Below are positions 25,301-37,800 of a stretch of 64,000 bases of DNA, one piece after another. Position numbers and translations under genes: made by a program. Within the stretch, counting starts at the first letter, position 1. Every line of letters begins with the position of its first letter. Source of the stretch: Marsupella aquatica (lineage: Eukaryota; Plantae; Marchantiophyta); the NCBI GenBank assembly GCA_973895155.1, contig OZ316894.1, forward strand, positions 14,647,680-14,711,679. The letters run 5' to 3'. Below the pieces are notes generated by a model. The model did no database searches, was not told where the DNA came from, and saw only the letters and a program-made list of their open reading frames with translations.

Positions 25301-27739
25301 ACAACCCTTCCTTAAGCTTAGTTCAAATGAAAAACTTTTTAAAATAAATTCCTTTTATCCATTCACTTTGTTTTAACATCCATTCCATTTTTAAATTCAA
25401 GAGTTACAATTAATTTTTAATGGGGAAGCCACTCATTTATTTCTTAGGATTGAAGTTACATGTGTTTTTGGCTGTCTCAAACTCTAGATTTCCGACGTTA
25501 TTTCAGCTTAGGTCAGTCTCAGTTCTTCAGGTAAGTCGTCAATTGTTTCGCCCAGACATTTGCTACAGAGCCTCATTCGCCAACAAGCCTCCCTTTCGTC
25601 TTCACTTTTCTTCTTCATTTCTCGGGTCTCTCCCTCTACCCCTCCCTTTCTCCTCGTCTCAATTTTCCAATCTCTCCTTCAAGTCCAACTTCTCCTTCAC
25701 CATTCATCCTTTCTCTAAAACAGAGCACCAAGTTTCAACTCTACTTCCTATTCCTTAGTCTAAACTACAACATGTACAATTCTCATTTTAATTCTCCGTA
25801 TACACGACCTGTTCCTTCCTGAAACTTAAATCCAGACTTCCTTAGGCTTCAAGTTATTGTACTTTCATGGGAAACTGGCCTCATATCATTCTCTCCCTAT
25901 TGTTACTATTCAATTTCTGCTTTTCAAACCCCGTTTTAAACTCGGAACTATTCCTCTTTGGAGCGGATCTTCCATTTTTCTTGCAGCCGAGCCTTTTCTT
26001 CTTAGCATTTTTTGGTTCTCCACATTCCATTGCTTTTCCCTCCAGCTGCGCATCAGCCTCTCCTCTCGGATCTTGTGCTTCTCTTAGAATTCCCTTATCT
26101 CCTTAGCCTCCGGTTTCTTGTTCGCCTTTCATTCTCTGTTTCATTTATCTTTCTTTTTCTCTTGTAAAATCCTCTTCAAATCTTCATAGCACTATAGCCC
26201 TCCACATTCCAGCACCCAATCTTCTCCACTACACTTTCCAAATTTCATTCATGATCCATTCTCGTTTCCTATCACCCTCCAGTCCTTCACTGCTCATCCA
26301 CAAGTTCAGAGTTATCTCTCACCCATGTTCGCAACCTGTGCCGATGTAGCACCAAGCCGCCCTAACTGAAGCTGCGTAGCAATCCGAAGCAATATATCGC
26401 TCAACGCAAAAGCAGGGCCCGGTTGGCCTTGCAGCCCGATCATCCACCTTCAACCCTGCCACCAAGCAATGAGCTCTCCGCTGTTGTTCACCCTAAACCT
26501 TCAACACTCCCGCAAAGTTGTGTCTGCCCGCAAGAACAACTCCTTGCAAATCTTTGAACCCGGCCTAAACCCACAGCACAGTCGCGAAACCTAGCAATGT
26601 CACCGCTGCAATGTTTTGTGCTTGCAATAAGCAGCCTCCTAAACCCACAGCTCCTTCCATCGCCAACAAAATGCCAATGACTCAACCCTCCTTCCAACCC
26701 CGAGCTCCCAATAGTAGCAAGAATCCAAGCAGGGTCTCCTGCGCTTTGCACAGCGGAGACAAGATCTCTCTGGAAGCTCGATAGGATTCACTCGAAGGCC
26801 CAAGCCTGACGATGTTTGGCTCTTCCTTCCCCCTCACCAAATGCCAAAACATAGGGTGCGCGAACCAGTGTCGTTTCTCCCAAGGGTTTTGGCACAAGGG
26901 GTTTGAGCAAAACAATTTGTGCAGGGCAAAGGCATTACGATGTAACATGTGGAAACTTGCGGCATGGTCCATGAGGTGAAGGGGTTCATGAAGCCAATTG
27001 AGGGCAACACGCATTACAAGGAAGAGTAGGGAAAATGACCACTCAGTAAAGGCATTGCATGGTACCCTTAACAAAAAGAGTCCCTAATATTGGGCCGTTC
27101 AATATTCCTACATGAAGGGAGCTGCAACCATTTGAAAATGGCCAAGGGGTATATTTGGAGACAGAACGCTGCCAAATGATGTTAGTGGGTTCAGTGTGTG
27201 TCTTTCTGTTTGTATGATGGAGTAACCAGTGGCCAAAATCATGGCGCGCGACTTGCAATTGCACCAGCCTCAGGTATATATAGCCACACCTAGCTATAAT
27301 CATTGTCAATCATACAGATAAAGTATATGTGTATGCGTTCGATTTGGGATGTGGGCCGGGATTATTATTTAATAAGAGCCATAGTTACATTGTTCTTATA
27401 TATGTGCAACCATGGTGATAAAGATGGCAAAAAGCGCTATTATAATTGTGCTGATCGAGCCACTTATAAAACTTCAAAATAATTGCCTACACTAAGTTAC
27501 AATTGCAACACTCCAAATAGTTATAGATATGACTCTCCAAAAATTCACCAAAACGTAGTTGAGAAGGTGTAACAAAGATGACACCAATAACCTTGGAGTC
27601 ACTGATTTCCAAAGGTCTCAAGACAGCCATGCAAGGGAGGGTCTCAGATAGGGCCAGTTTCTTCTAGTGTCAAGGCGCATCACCAAAGCTATTGGCAAGA
27701 TTGCACTCTCCCTGGTATGATTTGGCTTCAACAGATTTG

Positions 27740-30700
27740 ACAAATAGACTTCACCAACCGCTCTTCTGCATCAACACTCAACAATGCAAGAACCTCTACT
27801 ACTTTCTTCCAACAGGAAATTCCTTGGATCCTTGTTGAAGTAGTATTCTTCAATAAGAGACTTGAGCTTCCTAACTTTTTTCACATCCTTTGCAAGCTCC
27901 TCTATTGAGGAGATGTCAAATTTATTTGTGGCATCTTTCTTAAGCAATGCCTTTCTTGATTTCACATGTGTCAGGATTTTCATGATGTCTCTCTGTGAGA
28001 TCAACTCACCATCAAAAGGACAAAACATGACCACGGTAATTGCTTTTTTGGACTTCTCATTTCCTTGGGGTGATCCAAGGTTGTCCTCTCTCACCAACTC
28101 TCTTTGGCATCTTCATTGATCAGCTACACAACATTTTGGAGGAGCATGGTGGAGTGGGCACTCAATTGGGTAGGTTTGTCCTCCAACTTCTTATATTTGC
28201 AGATGATGTGGTCCTACTTGCTCATGCTCAAGAAGCTTTGCAAAGACATCTCAATGCCTTGGAGGAGTTTTGTCAAGCAACAGGGATGGTAGTCAACCTC
28301 AAGAAGACCAAGTGTTTGGGCATTGGCACACGACAAAATCCAGAGCTCTACTTCCAAGGGAATCTGGTGGAATTTGTGAGGACCTACAAATACCTTGGGG
28401 TGGAGTTCTCTCAAAACTTGAGTTGGGCCTCATGTGTAAAATCTAGGGCTGCCAATGGGTACAGAGTTTTTTATGCATTCATGAACAAATGCAAAAGAGC
28501 TGGTCTACACACTTGGAGGTTAAGGAAACATCTCTTTGGAGCTTTGGTGAAACCAGTCATTCTTTATGGAGCACCAATTTGGGGAGCAGGTGTGTCTAAA
28601 TCTGGGTGGCAACAGATTGAGGGGCTGCAAAAGCTATTTCTTGAGATGGAGCTTGGGATCAAGTCACAAACCCCATATGCACTTACACTTGCAGAGGCAG
28701 GCTTGTTTCCTTTGGAGGTGGAGGCACTCTTCCACACACTCAAATACATCATGCGTGTAAGAGAGTTGGAGGAAAACAGATTTCCTTTTCATGCCTTGCG
28801 CTCATCTTCAGCTAAAGGGTGGTATGCAGATGTGTGCAGGTGGGCCCATGCTTGGGATTTTCCTGAACATGAATGGCCAACACACCCAACCAAGCTAAGA
28901 GCAAAACTTGAGCAAAAGGCTTTGCACAAACTTTGGCATGAACCTAGCCCACGGCAGCAATACTACATGAGAGATGTGAACCCCATGAAGAAATATCGAG
29001 AACAAGAATACTTATCTAGTACTATCTCAGTACAACTTAGACAACTTAATGCTCAGTATAGACTAAGCTCACACCACCTTGAAGTAGAACAAGGGAGATG
29101 GAAGGATATTGATAGGAAAAAGAGGGTTTGTCAACTATGTGATAGCTCTAGTATAGAGAATGAATATCATGTATTCATTGCTTGCAAGTTTTATGAGGGG
29201 GTTAGGATGGCATCTCAAATCTTGGTGAAAGATTTGTATGCATTGTTTGGTCTGCCCCCTCAGCAACTTGGAAGATATATCTTTGCGGTGGATAGGGAAA
29301 GGAGAATAGGTTTGGAAAATCTTTCAGGGCTCTCTAGGTCCATAGTTTCTTTGAGGACATAGTTGTCCTCTTCTGAGCAATCTCTTTTGGTTGCTCTTTT
29401 CTTTGATTGCATTGTACTTTACTTTTTGTGGCAGCTCCTTTGACTTTCATGGTCCCGGAGCTTATAATACATTACCATTACCATTACCATTACCTTCCAC
29501 CCCAGATCCATCAGGAAGTTTCCCATGCAACAAGATCTCACATACTAAACGCCACAACTCAAAAAGATCATTGTCCGCAAAAAGTAGCTAGTATACATTT
29601 TGCAAGTCCTTCCTCCCCATAGACATTCTTGCCAGAGCCAACCAATCCTACAATCCAAAAGGAAAGCTAGTCAGTTATCGCCAACTCAAGCATTGGAAAC
29701 AAATAGAAACAAAAGGCTGAAAATTCATTCTAATGTGCAATAATAGTTTTGGATTGAGATGGTCTCAATCAAAAACAAAACTCAAACAAAACTTTCCAAT
29801 ACTCTATAAAAAATCTTGTTGGATTGGGACCATCCAAATCCAAAATAGAACTACTCTCTATGGTAGAGAAATGCAAAGAAAACAATCACATTTATGACCT
29901 GAATTTTTGGTTGTCTTGAGCATTTGTTTTGTTGTCGCCATGTTTTGGTTTGTTTGGTCTTCCACATTCAACAAACTGCCACCTTGCATGGACAACATCT
30001 TAAAAAAAAGACTAAAACACCATCGTGCTATTGATGACGTTCAATCTCATGGAGTACTCAACAAGTATTGCAAACGGTGTGCGATCAGACAATACTTTGG
30101 ACTTCCTAAATTCTAACTTCTTGGCCAACTGGGTGAGCTTGGCATCCTTCTTTGCCCAATCACAAATCCATCTTGCAGATCTTGCAGAGTGTTGACCACT
30201 AATGGCCAGAAATTGGACCTAGCCCTTTTTCACTCTAGCCAAAAAATCCTTTTGGTCCGACTCTATATTCTCATAGTGGACTGTACCTTTTTTTGCTTGA
30301 CATTAAAAGGAAGCAAATCCGCAACATGAGGCTTGTGCCCAGGTTTTTGACCATGGAATCAACAATGTCTTGCACATGATCAAAATTTAGCATCCAATAG
30401 CGCAGTCTCGCCGGTGCTGGTAGAATACTTTTGACCAGGATCAAAAAAATCTCATTTATCCCAAAAGTGTAGTACTGCTCCATTTGTTGTAGAACCTCAT
30501 TCCCTTCTAAGACGTTTTTCTCCTCTAGAGCGTGAACCCTAAACCCTAAACCCTCATCTTCAGCATGTAACGCAAAATCTACAGGAGCTGAATCCACAAC
30601 TATAGTGTCTATTTTTTGCTTCTTCTTTTCCCTCAACTTCTCTTCACTTGGAAGCTTCTTCTTCTCCACCGAAGCCGGGATCTTCTTCTCAACTGAAGCA

Positions 30701-31190
30701 GGTTTCTCGACTGGAAGCTTCTTTTTCCTTTGCTTTTGCTTCCTTATCACTCTTTCCATGGTTGTTGTTGCAGTAGTTTGTGCTGTCTCCGTTGTAGTTG
30801 CTGGAGTTCCTTTGGCTAGCATAGACTCAAGTATGTCTCAAGCTTGTGTAATTTTCCTCAACTTCACCAAAGAGTACCCATAGATTTGCTTTTCCAGGTC
30901 AAGCATTTTTGCAAAGACTAGTGCCTTGTCGATCCAAACATTTGAGTCTGGTGATAACAAACCTGCTTTCTCAAGCAAATTGTTTAAAGTCCATTGGCTG
31001 GAGGAAAGAAATTTGATGGGTTGTTTAGCATGTTGAGTTTCAAATACAGAAACCCATAAAGAATGTCCAATGGAAGCTTCTTCTCCTTTGTGTCCAATGG
31101 AAAGAAAACACACTTAATTCCCCACTTGCATACCATTCCACATTGAACTCGGCCGAGAATGCCTTTGACAGGAGCTGAAATTTTGCCCAA
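27740..31190 (-). pseudogene. Degraded gene of a second ParB/Srx-like family, split by a LINE
   Basis: ILVKSILPAPARLRYWMLNFDHVQDIVDSMVKN (about 30340-30440), then FLAISGQHSARSA (about 30175-30215) in another frame; reading resumes left of the LINE at 28060. Confidence 0.5.
28064..29494 (+). mobile_element. 5'-truncated RTEX-like LINE, family A (longest copy)
   Basis: GVIQGCPLSPTLF, FADDVVL, YKYLG, C-terminal CCHC; (TTACCA)x4 tail. Confidence 0.95.
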
Positions 31191-31289
31191 ATCATTGTGT
31201 TAGGCACTCTACAATGATATAATTCATTCCTCTTCCTATCATTTCCACAAAGACCACGGGTCCGATGACCAATGTTTGATTCCCATATC

Positions 31290-31640
31290 TCAGGGTGTAT
31301 GAGTTTCTTAGACCCAAGGGATCTGATTTCTGTAGGCTTAATAGGATCTGGGATGTGAACTTGTTAGAGATTGAATGGTGTAAGGTCTGGTTGGTTGTAT
31401 GGACTGCAGATCTCTCCACTCATGCTAGAACTTTCTTATGGCACATCCTTGCCCAGGGTTTATTCTCTGGCTCCAAGGCATTGAGGATCGGGAAGTCTGA
31501 TGGGGTAATATGTACACTATGCTCCGGTGTGGTGGAGATTGTCCCCCACATTTTCTTTGACTGCCGCCATGCAAGGGCCGGGCTTGCTGGCTGGTAATGC
31601 AGGGCTGGCTGAGCGAGAGACTATTCAACCGGGCCCCAGG
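31290..31640 (+). mobile_element. Plant L1-clade LINE fragment (zf-RVT region)
   Basis: W..VW....STHARTFLW.I....L...CTLC....E...HIFFDC. Confidence 0.75.
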
Positions 31641-32359
31641 GCTGGTGCACCTCCTGCTGTCTGTGAATGCTAATGAATGTGATGTCCCTCTGGATGAGCT
31701 CTACTGTGACTTTTGTGGGAAGTCTGGACATTTGGAAAATGGAGCATGAAGCATTGGAGCATGGAGCATGAAGCTTGGAGTATGAATATGGCAATTCCGG
31801 TATAGCTTGGAGCTTGGATCTTGGAGCAAAGATGCTAGGGAGTACAAAACAAGCTTGAGGATCAAGACTCTAACAAGGACCAAATCATTCCCATCAAATT
31901 GGACCTAGTTGGAGCTAGCTGCGCCTCTAAATCGGGTTCTATCTCTTCAACCATTTCCCCAAATCCATTTCTTTCAATTGCATTGGAAAGAGCTCTTCAA
32001 GGCGCCCCAAATCGACCTAAAAAATGTTCAAAACGGTTCAAAACTGAGACAGTTATGGTAGATTGAGTTTTGCATTTTAAGGTTTGCTTCGAATCCGCAC
32101 TTCCGCGAATTTGCGACTTTGATTGCTCGGGCTGTGAGACAACTCTAGGGACGTTCTTGGGCTCATTAGGAGCGCCTTGAGGTCTACTATCTTCCTATTT
32201 GAAAATCTTTGGAGATTGTTTTGGAACTGGAAAGGAGGTGGTTGGTATGTAATTGAGGCTTTGCATCGAAATCATGCAAAGCCTCTAAATCATCTCCTCA
32301 TATTGCCAAGTCTCAATTACAGAGGTAGATCATTCTCCTCATATTGCCAAGTCTCCAGG

Positions 32360-33345
32360 TGTTTGGCTGCTTCAGCATATGTCTTGTGCAGTAATTTCAG
32401 ACTTGTCTTAGCATAGAGATGCCTCTAAATGATGGGTTGGGACCTTGAGAGTCATGGCATGAAATATTTCAGGACTTTCCATAGAATCAGCAATAGGAGG
32501 AGAACCCTTGTTTGAGAATGCTGACATCCTGCTCTTCCTGGAGACTTGGCAATATGAGGAGAATGATCTACCTAGCATCAAGGATTTTACTTGCATTGGA
32601 TCTCTCTTCAATAAAAAGAACACCACAAGGGGAAGAGGGTTTGGAGGTATTGCAATCTACACCAAGAACCATCTTCAACACATGACATCTATTGAGCATG
32701 AAGATCCAAGCAAGCAATTCATGGTGGTGAGACTACATACTAGAGGTATTCCATCATTTCTAATTGTCACCTATTTTGCCCCACTTAGCATGAATGTGTA
32801 CAAGATGGGAACTGCTAATGCACAATATCCATTCCATAACTTGATTCAAGTTATACATGATGTATCAGTACTAGGAGAGACATGGATAGTGGGAGACTTT
32901 AATACTAGAGTGTCTCACCAACAATTCATTGATAGTGGAGATTTGGGGGCATTGCCTTGGATATCATGTAATGAAGACTCATCTTGGTTGAGAAAAGCTA
33001 TAGATACTAGGGTAAATGATATGACACCCCATTTTCTACAATTAGGAGCTTCTTGTAATTTGAGAATATTGAATGGGCTTGAAAGATTTCCTCATTCATC
33101 AGGTTACACATTTAGATCAAGCCAAGGATGTAACACCATTGATTATCTCCTAGCATCACCATCTTCAGCTAGTAGAGTGATTGATTTTAGAATACTTGAT
33201 CAACAACCAGAGTCTTCACATCTACCCTTGTTATTTCATCTAGATTTGGCCACAAGTTTTAGAGAGGGGATAACAAGGAAAAGACATATTTCTAGACTCT
33301 TTCTGGATCATGATAAGGTTGATGTATTTAGAGGGGAGATTGAGG
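32360..33345 (+). mobile_element. RTEX-like LINE family B, ORF1 end plus APE endonuclease (left part of the element split by the MULE)
   Basis: LRVMA*NISG start, LFLETW, GFGGIAIY, VGDFN, TIDY, SSHLP motifs; joins in frame to 54443 through GATTGAGG. Confidence 0.88.
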
Positions 33346-33354
33346 GAGGTTTTT

Positions 33355-33382
33355 CTCCGTGACAGGAAACTGGAAATAGTAA
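33355..33382 (+). repeat. Left subterminal inverted repeat CTCCGTGACAGGAAACTGGAAATAGTAA
   Basis: 27/28 match to the reverse complement of 54406-54433; extra ACAGGAAA units follow. Confidence 0.9.
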
Positions 33383-33903
33383 CAGGAAACAGGAAAACAT
33401 AACAGTAAAAGAAGACGGGGTTATACTCTGAACATTTGCCATCCATCAATAAAAATAGGGTTCAAGAGAACAGTTATAAAACGAAGTTCAAAAGTAAAGC
33501 CTGAGAAAAATGGCTCCATGTATTAGTAGCGCCTGGAGCTACTACAAAAAGTGGTGTCACAAAATCCAAAACATCCAAGAGGTCGGGTAAGAACAAACTA
33601 ATCCCCAAGACACTCATTGTCATTGACATACAACTCGGTCTATACTAAACAAAGTCCGAGAAACAAATCCGACTAGTGAGTGTCATTGTGGAATAAAAGC
33701 TATGCAAGGTGACGATACCTCTTACAACTTTAAACTCCAGAATATGTAGAGATGTCGCGAACAGTGAATTGACTTAACAACTAAAAAGCTGTATCCTACA
33801 AACTGAACATCCCGAACAAACAAAATCCTATCTCCTTTGTTCTTAATAGCAATAGCGCCGGGCGCTATCTATCACGAGAGTGTACAAAAAGACTTCCTAA
33901 AGA

Positions 33904-34374
33904 TCAGGATGTCGATGATCCACACTCATCATCGAGTCCTGCATTGAACCGATCTTCATCTTGACGAAATCCATCCTCCCGCTCATCAAAAAAATGCGGC
34001 CCTGGAAGGCAACTCCTAAGCTTGCAATTCGGTATGTTCAAATCAGAGAATCCAACTCGCCCAGTCCACTGTTGAATGTCCCTAAAAAATTGCGTCCTTC
34101 CAACCCCATAGTGATCAGAAGGGTCCGGATCGTGAATAGAGAAACGCTCTCGAATAGACCGGGGAGGCGATAAATGAGCAGAAGGAATAGATTTTGATCA
34201 GAAACTTATCCCCTCATCGGAGGCTAGCCACAATCGATTCCGCTCAGTTGATGTCTTAGAGTGAGTAGTATCTTCAATTGGGAAGTTTGCAAACAGATTG
34301 CCATCCGATGCTTTGCCCTCAAACTTTGCGAGGCGGGAAGTCCTCTCTTGTTTCACCTGCTTCCCTTTGTCCAT
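33904..34374 (-). pseudogene. Small conserved third gene of the MULE (unknown function), one internal stop
   Basis: MDKGKQV...ERFSIHDPDP...GRVGFSDLNIP matches MDHGTKV...ERFTIHWPLP...GRIDFQNTTIP at 59137-59567, in the same position relative to the MTase gene. Confidence 0.55.
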
Positions 34375-34863
34375 GGTCACTACACGAATGACTTTTAGTC
34401 TCTCAATGACTTTTAGTCTCTCAAAGGACTTGACACCGAAAAGCGCAAATGGCGAAGGCCTCCAAGAGCTCCTACAAATTGTCGAAAGGAGAGGGACAAA
34501 AGGGGAGAGTCTAAATGAAATGACTAACGATGCAGTTTCGAGAAAGGAAAAAGTTTCCATTTCAATCACGCATACAGAGAAAACGCCAGTCCATTGAGAT
34601 CAATGAGTACCACAAGCAATGACATTACGGAAGGGAAACGAACACTTGTATGGGTACTTCCGTTGAATTAAGTATTTCAGTACATTTGTCCTCCTGAAAG
34701 GATATACGGAACATCATACATTGCCCACCTTGTCTTAATCCAGCTTCACGTCATATGAATAATAAGTAGCGTCGGGAGCTACTATTTTGGAGGGGGGAAT
34801 TGACCAAACGGTGAAACTCTAATCTAATCTAATCTAGTGTAATCTAATCTAAGCTAATCAAAT

Positions 34864-37800
34864 CTAATCTGCACACTCTGACCCACTACTCTTCGATCTA
34901 TCTGTAGACTCTGCTTCATCGTCTACAAATTCATTCCATGCCATGTCGTCGACAAAAGGATGATGGATAAACTTCCGATCTGAACCTCATCTCAATCGCA
35001 AGCCTTTATTCTCCCAAGTCAGCGTTCTCCCACTCTCTTCTTTGCGAGCGGCATACTCGGCGTAGGAAGGCAATACAAATGGTTTCTCCGGGGTAATGAG
35101 AACCTTCCTTGAAAATTTCCTTTGTAGGTGAAACCTCTCGCGAATATTCCACTCGGACCTGCGAGTTGGTTAGAACATTAAGTACGTGGCTTTCATTGAT
35201 GTGTCTGAAACAAAACAAAGAAAACAAATAGTAAAGTAATGTGAAGGAGCTTACGGGCATTACTCCGAGGAATCTGAATCATCCGTTTCTCCTTCTGCAT
35301 TCCCCTCTTCCTTCTTCTCCTCTACATTATCTACATCTTCACCACCATCCACATCACCAACATCGGCTTCTTCTTCTTCGGAATCAAAATTAAGAACATA
35401 ACGAACTTTGTCCTTAACTTTTTTCCCCTGGTCTTTGCTCAGACCAGCGGCACTCACTTCTTTGGGGAGAAGAAGATCATTGAATGTCTTTTCAACAATG
35501 GACACAAATTCCTTGCGATTTTCAATCCCAAGAATGAAATGGCCACAGAAGTCACCCGCAACAAATGTGCTCCCAGAACCAACCGTCCAATCCATAACAA
35601 TATCTCCCGGACGCGTAATTAACTCAAGGACAGACTGCATGAAGCCGACAGGCAGACGAGCATTCCCAGCAAATGCACCTTCAGGAGAAGGATCATTCTT
35701 GAGACTTTGCAATCCAATGAGATTTGTGATTGAAGGGTCTTCAGTTACAGACAAAGGCTTGAACTTTACATCCTTTGGAACCCTGACTTTCGATGTAACC
35801 CGACTGAAGATGTTAAGTCTTAAGGTGAAAACCTGTGAATTGAGCAAGAAAAATGAGATATATAACAAGGGATATGGGTAGCGCCTGGCGCTACCAAAAA
35901 GCTAGACGGAAAATAAAGACTTTAACCCTAAACTCAATACCGTGAAATTGAATTTATGACTAGCGCCAAGCGCTAGCCAAAAAGAAAATCAACGATGAGG
36001 ATAATTACCTGACAATCGCTTCTGGCCATGTACATTGGGACGCCCATTACAACGTTGAGTGTTTTCAGGCATTGGAACTTCTGGGACTCTTGGCTTGCGG
36101 AAATAACTTGGGAGATCTGGTCGTACTCCCCAGTGTGCAAAATTGCTAACAATCCATCATCGGCTCGAAATGGGTCCATGGCCTGGAAAAAGGAACCTAC
36201 AATTTGGTGATCCGGGACATTCCACTTTGGCGACTTCCGGTGAAGCAAAGAAGGTCTTAGCCCCATTGGTAAATACACAAACCCCGCATCTACCCCAAAC
36301 GCTCTTAACTTCCCTCCCCTTACAACGCCTTTCTCGCAGAGACCAAGTGACACTAAGTCTTTCCCCCACTTTTCAACAGTTGTCACCCATGCGGGTTTGG
36401 TCTCATTTGTAAACACAGATTCAAAAAAGTCCATAACACTGGACTCAACAAACTTATGGCGGCTAACCTTTGAATTGAATCGACCAACTTCTCGTTGGAC
36501 CCCAGTGGACGCAATCGAACCAAGATCGTGGTTCTTCTTCTTCTTTTTCCTTGTGCTTGTGGCATCAACAGGACGAGATACGTTGGCATTGGTTGGAGGA
36601 GTTTGTTCTTCCGAGGCGTTAGCAGCCTCCATGTTTGCTTCGGAGAGCTCTCGGGTGATGGTCGTCTTTGCATCTTGCGTTTCTTCTCCCTCTGATTTTC
36701 TTCCCCCTGTAACAAGTATGAATAGAAATTAATTAAGGAAAATATACCAGCGCCTGGCGCTAGCCATCCAGAGTATCCATAAATTGTAACAGAATTATGA
36801 GTATCTATCTAACATTTCAAAGTAGCGCTTGGCGCTAACCAAAACTATGAAAAAAACCGGAAGAACAATAAGTTGAACATCTTACGTTTTCATCCAGATC
36901 GTGTCGACGGGCTATTCAATCCTGTATCCATTTTTACTTTTGCACGTGGCTTTTGGCTTCGGTCAACATGTGTGACTTCTGTCTCGCAAATTTTTTGAAG
37001 CTCAACCACTGAAGCTTCCACATCTCCCACTAAACCTTCCTTCATTCTGACAACAATTTGCAAGGAACTAGAGATTTGGACAATTTCAGAAAGGAGTCTT
37101 TCTCAAATTCATCAAAAGGTGTATCCCACTTATCAATATCGAGGTACCACGGACAGTTTGCTCTCTCCCACTCAGAAATGTCACGCGGAGGGTTGGCTCC
37201 ATCTGTCGGATACATACTGTAAACCTCGCTGAATGCATCCCCATCCATGACGGACCACTTCTGGAATGCAGGAGGGTAAGCCCAAAAGTATTCAGGCGAA
37301 ACGCTCTCCATGGACATGAAGAACCGATAAAGATATCTCTTTGCCCGCTTCTGGTTTCGTGTAGTGAAATCTTCTTTCTCCCCATACTTTGAAGCCCACA
37401 TTGTGTTGAAGAACTTGGCCTTCACAGTATCTCCGTAAATTCTGAAATCATTACAAACGCTCTGGACCAAACCATCAAAAGTATCTACTCCTCCTGTCAC
37501 GAGTCGTTCGGGAGGCATGATCGATTCAACTTGCCTGAGAGCAGTCTGCAACATCCCTATTGCAATTCCTTCTATCCAACTCCACATGTGCCATGTATGA
37601 CACCATTGCTTCACAGGTTCGTCATTCACACTAGGTGGATGGAAAAATTGTTTTCAAAGTTCAGGTGTGCAATGTGCCACAAGGAGAGTAGAACACAACT
37701 TCGGATCCAAAGCGGAGACAGCAGTGAAGAGTCAAGCACGATCCATTGTACAAACAACGGACTCTGCTTTCCGTTCCCGCTTGTTCTTTTCTGTCAGAGT

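Noticed and set aside
22400-27700. Possible genes or transposon remnants (GTGAC-rich tract 23170-23520, purine/pyrimidine-skewed tracts, short ORFs)
   Set aside because: No motif or boundary I could support; probably old degraded repeats.
35255-35265. TAATG stop-start translational coupling after the MTase exon in all three copies
   Set aside because: Better explained as a GA|GTAATG splice donor whose phase fits the conserved last exon; the ATG frame does not give the conserved peptide.
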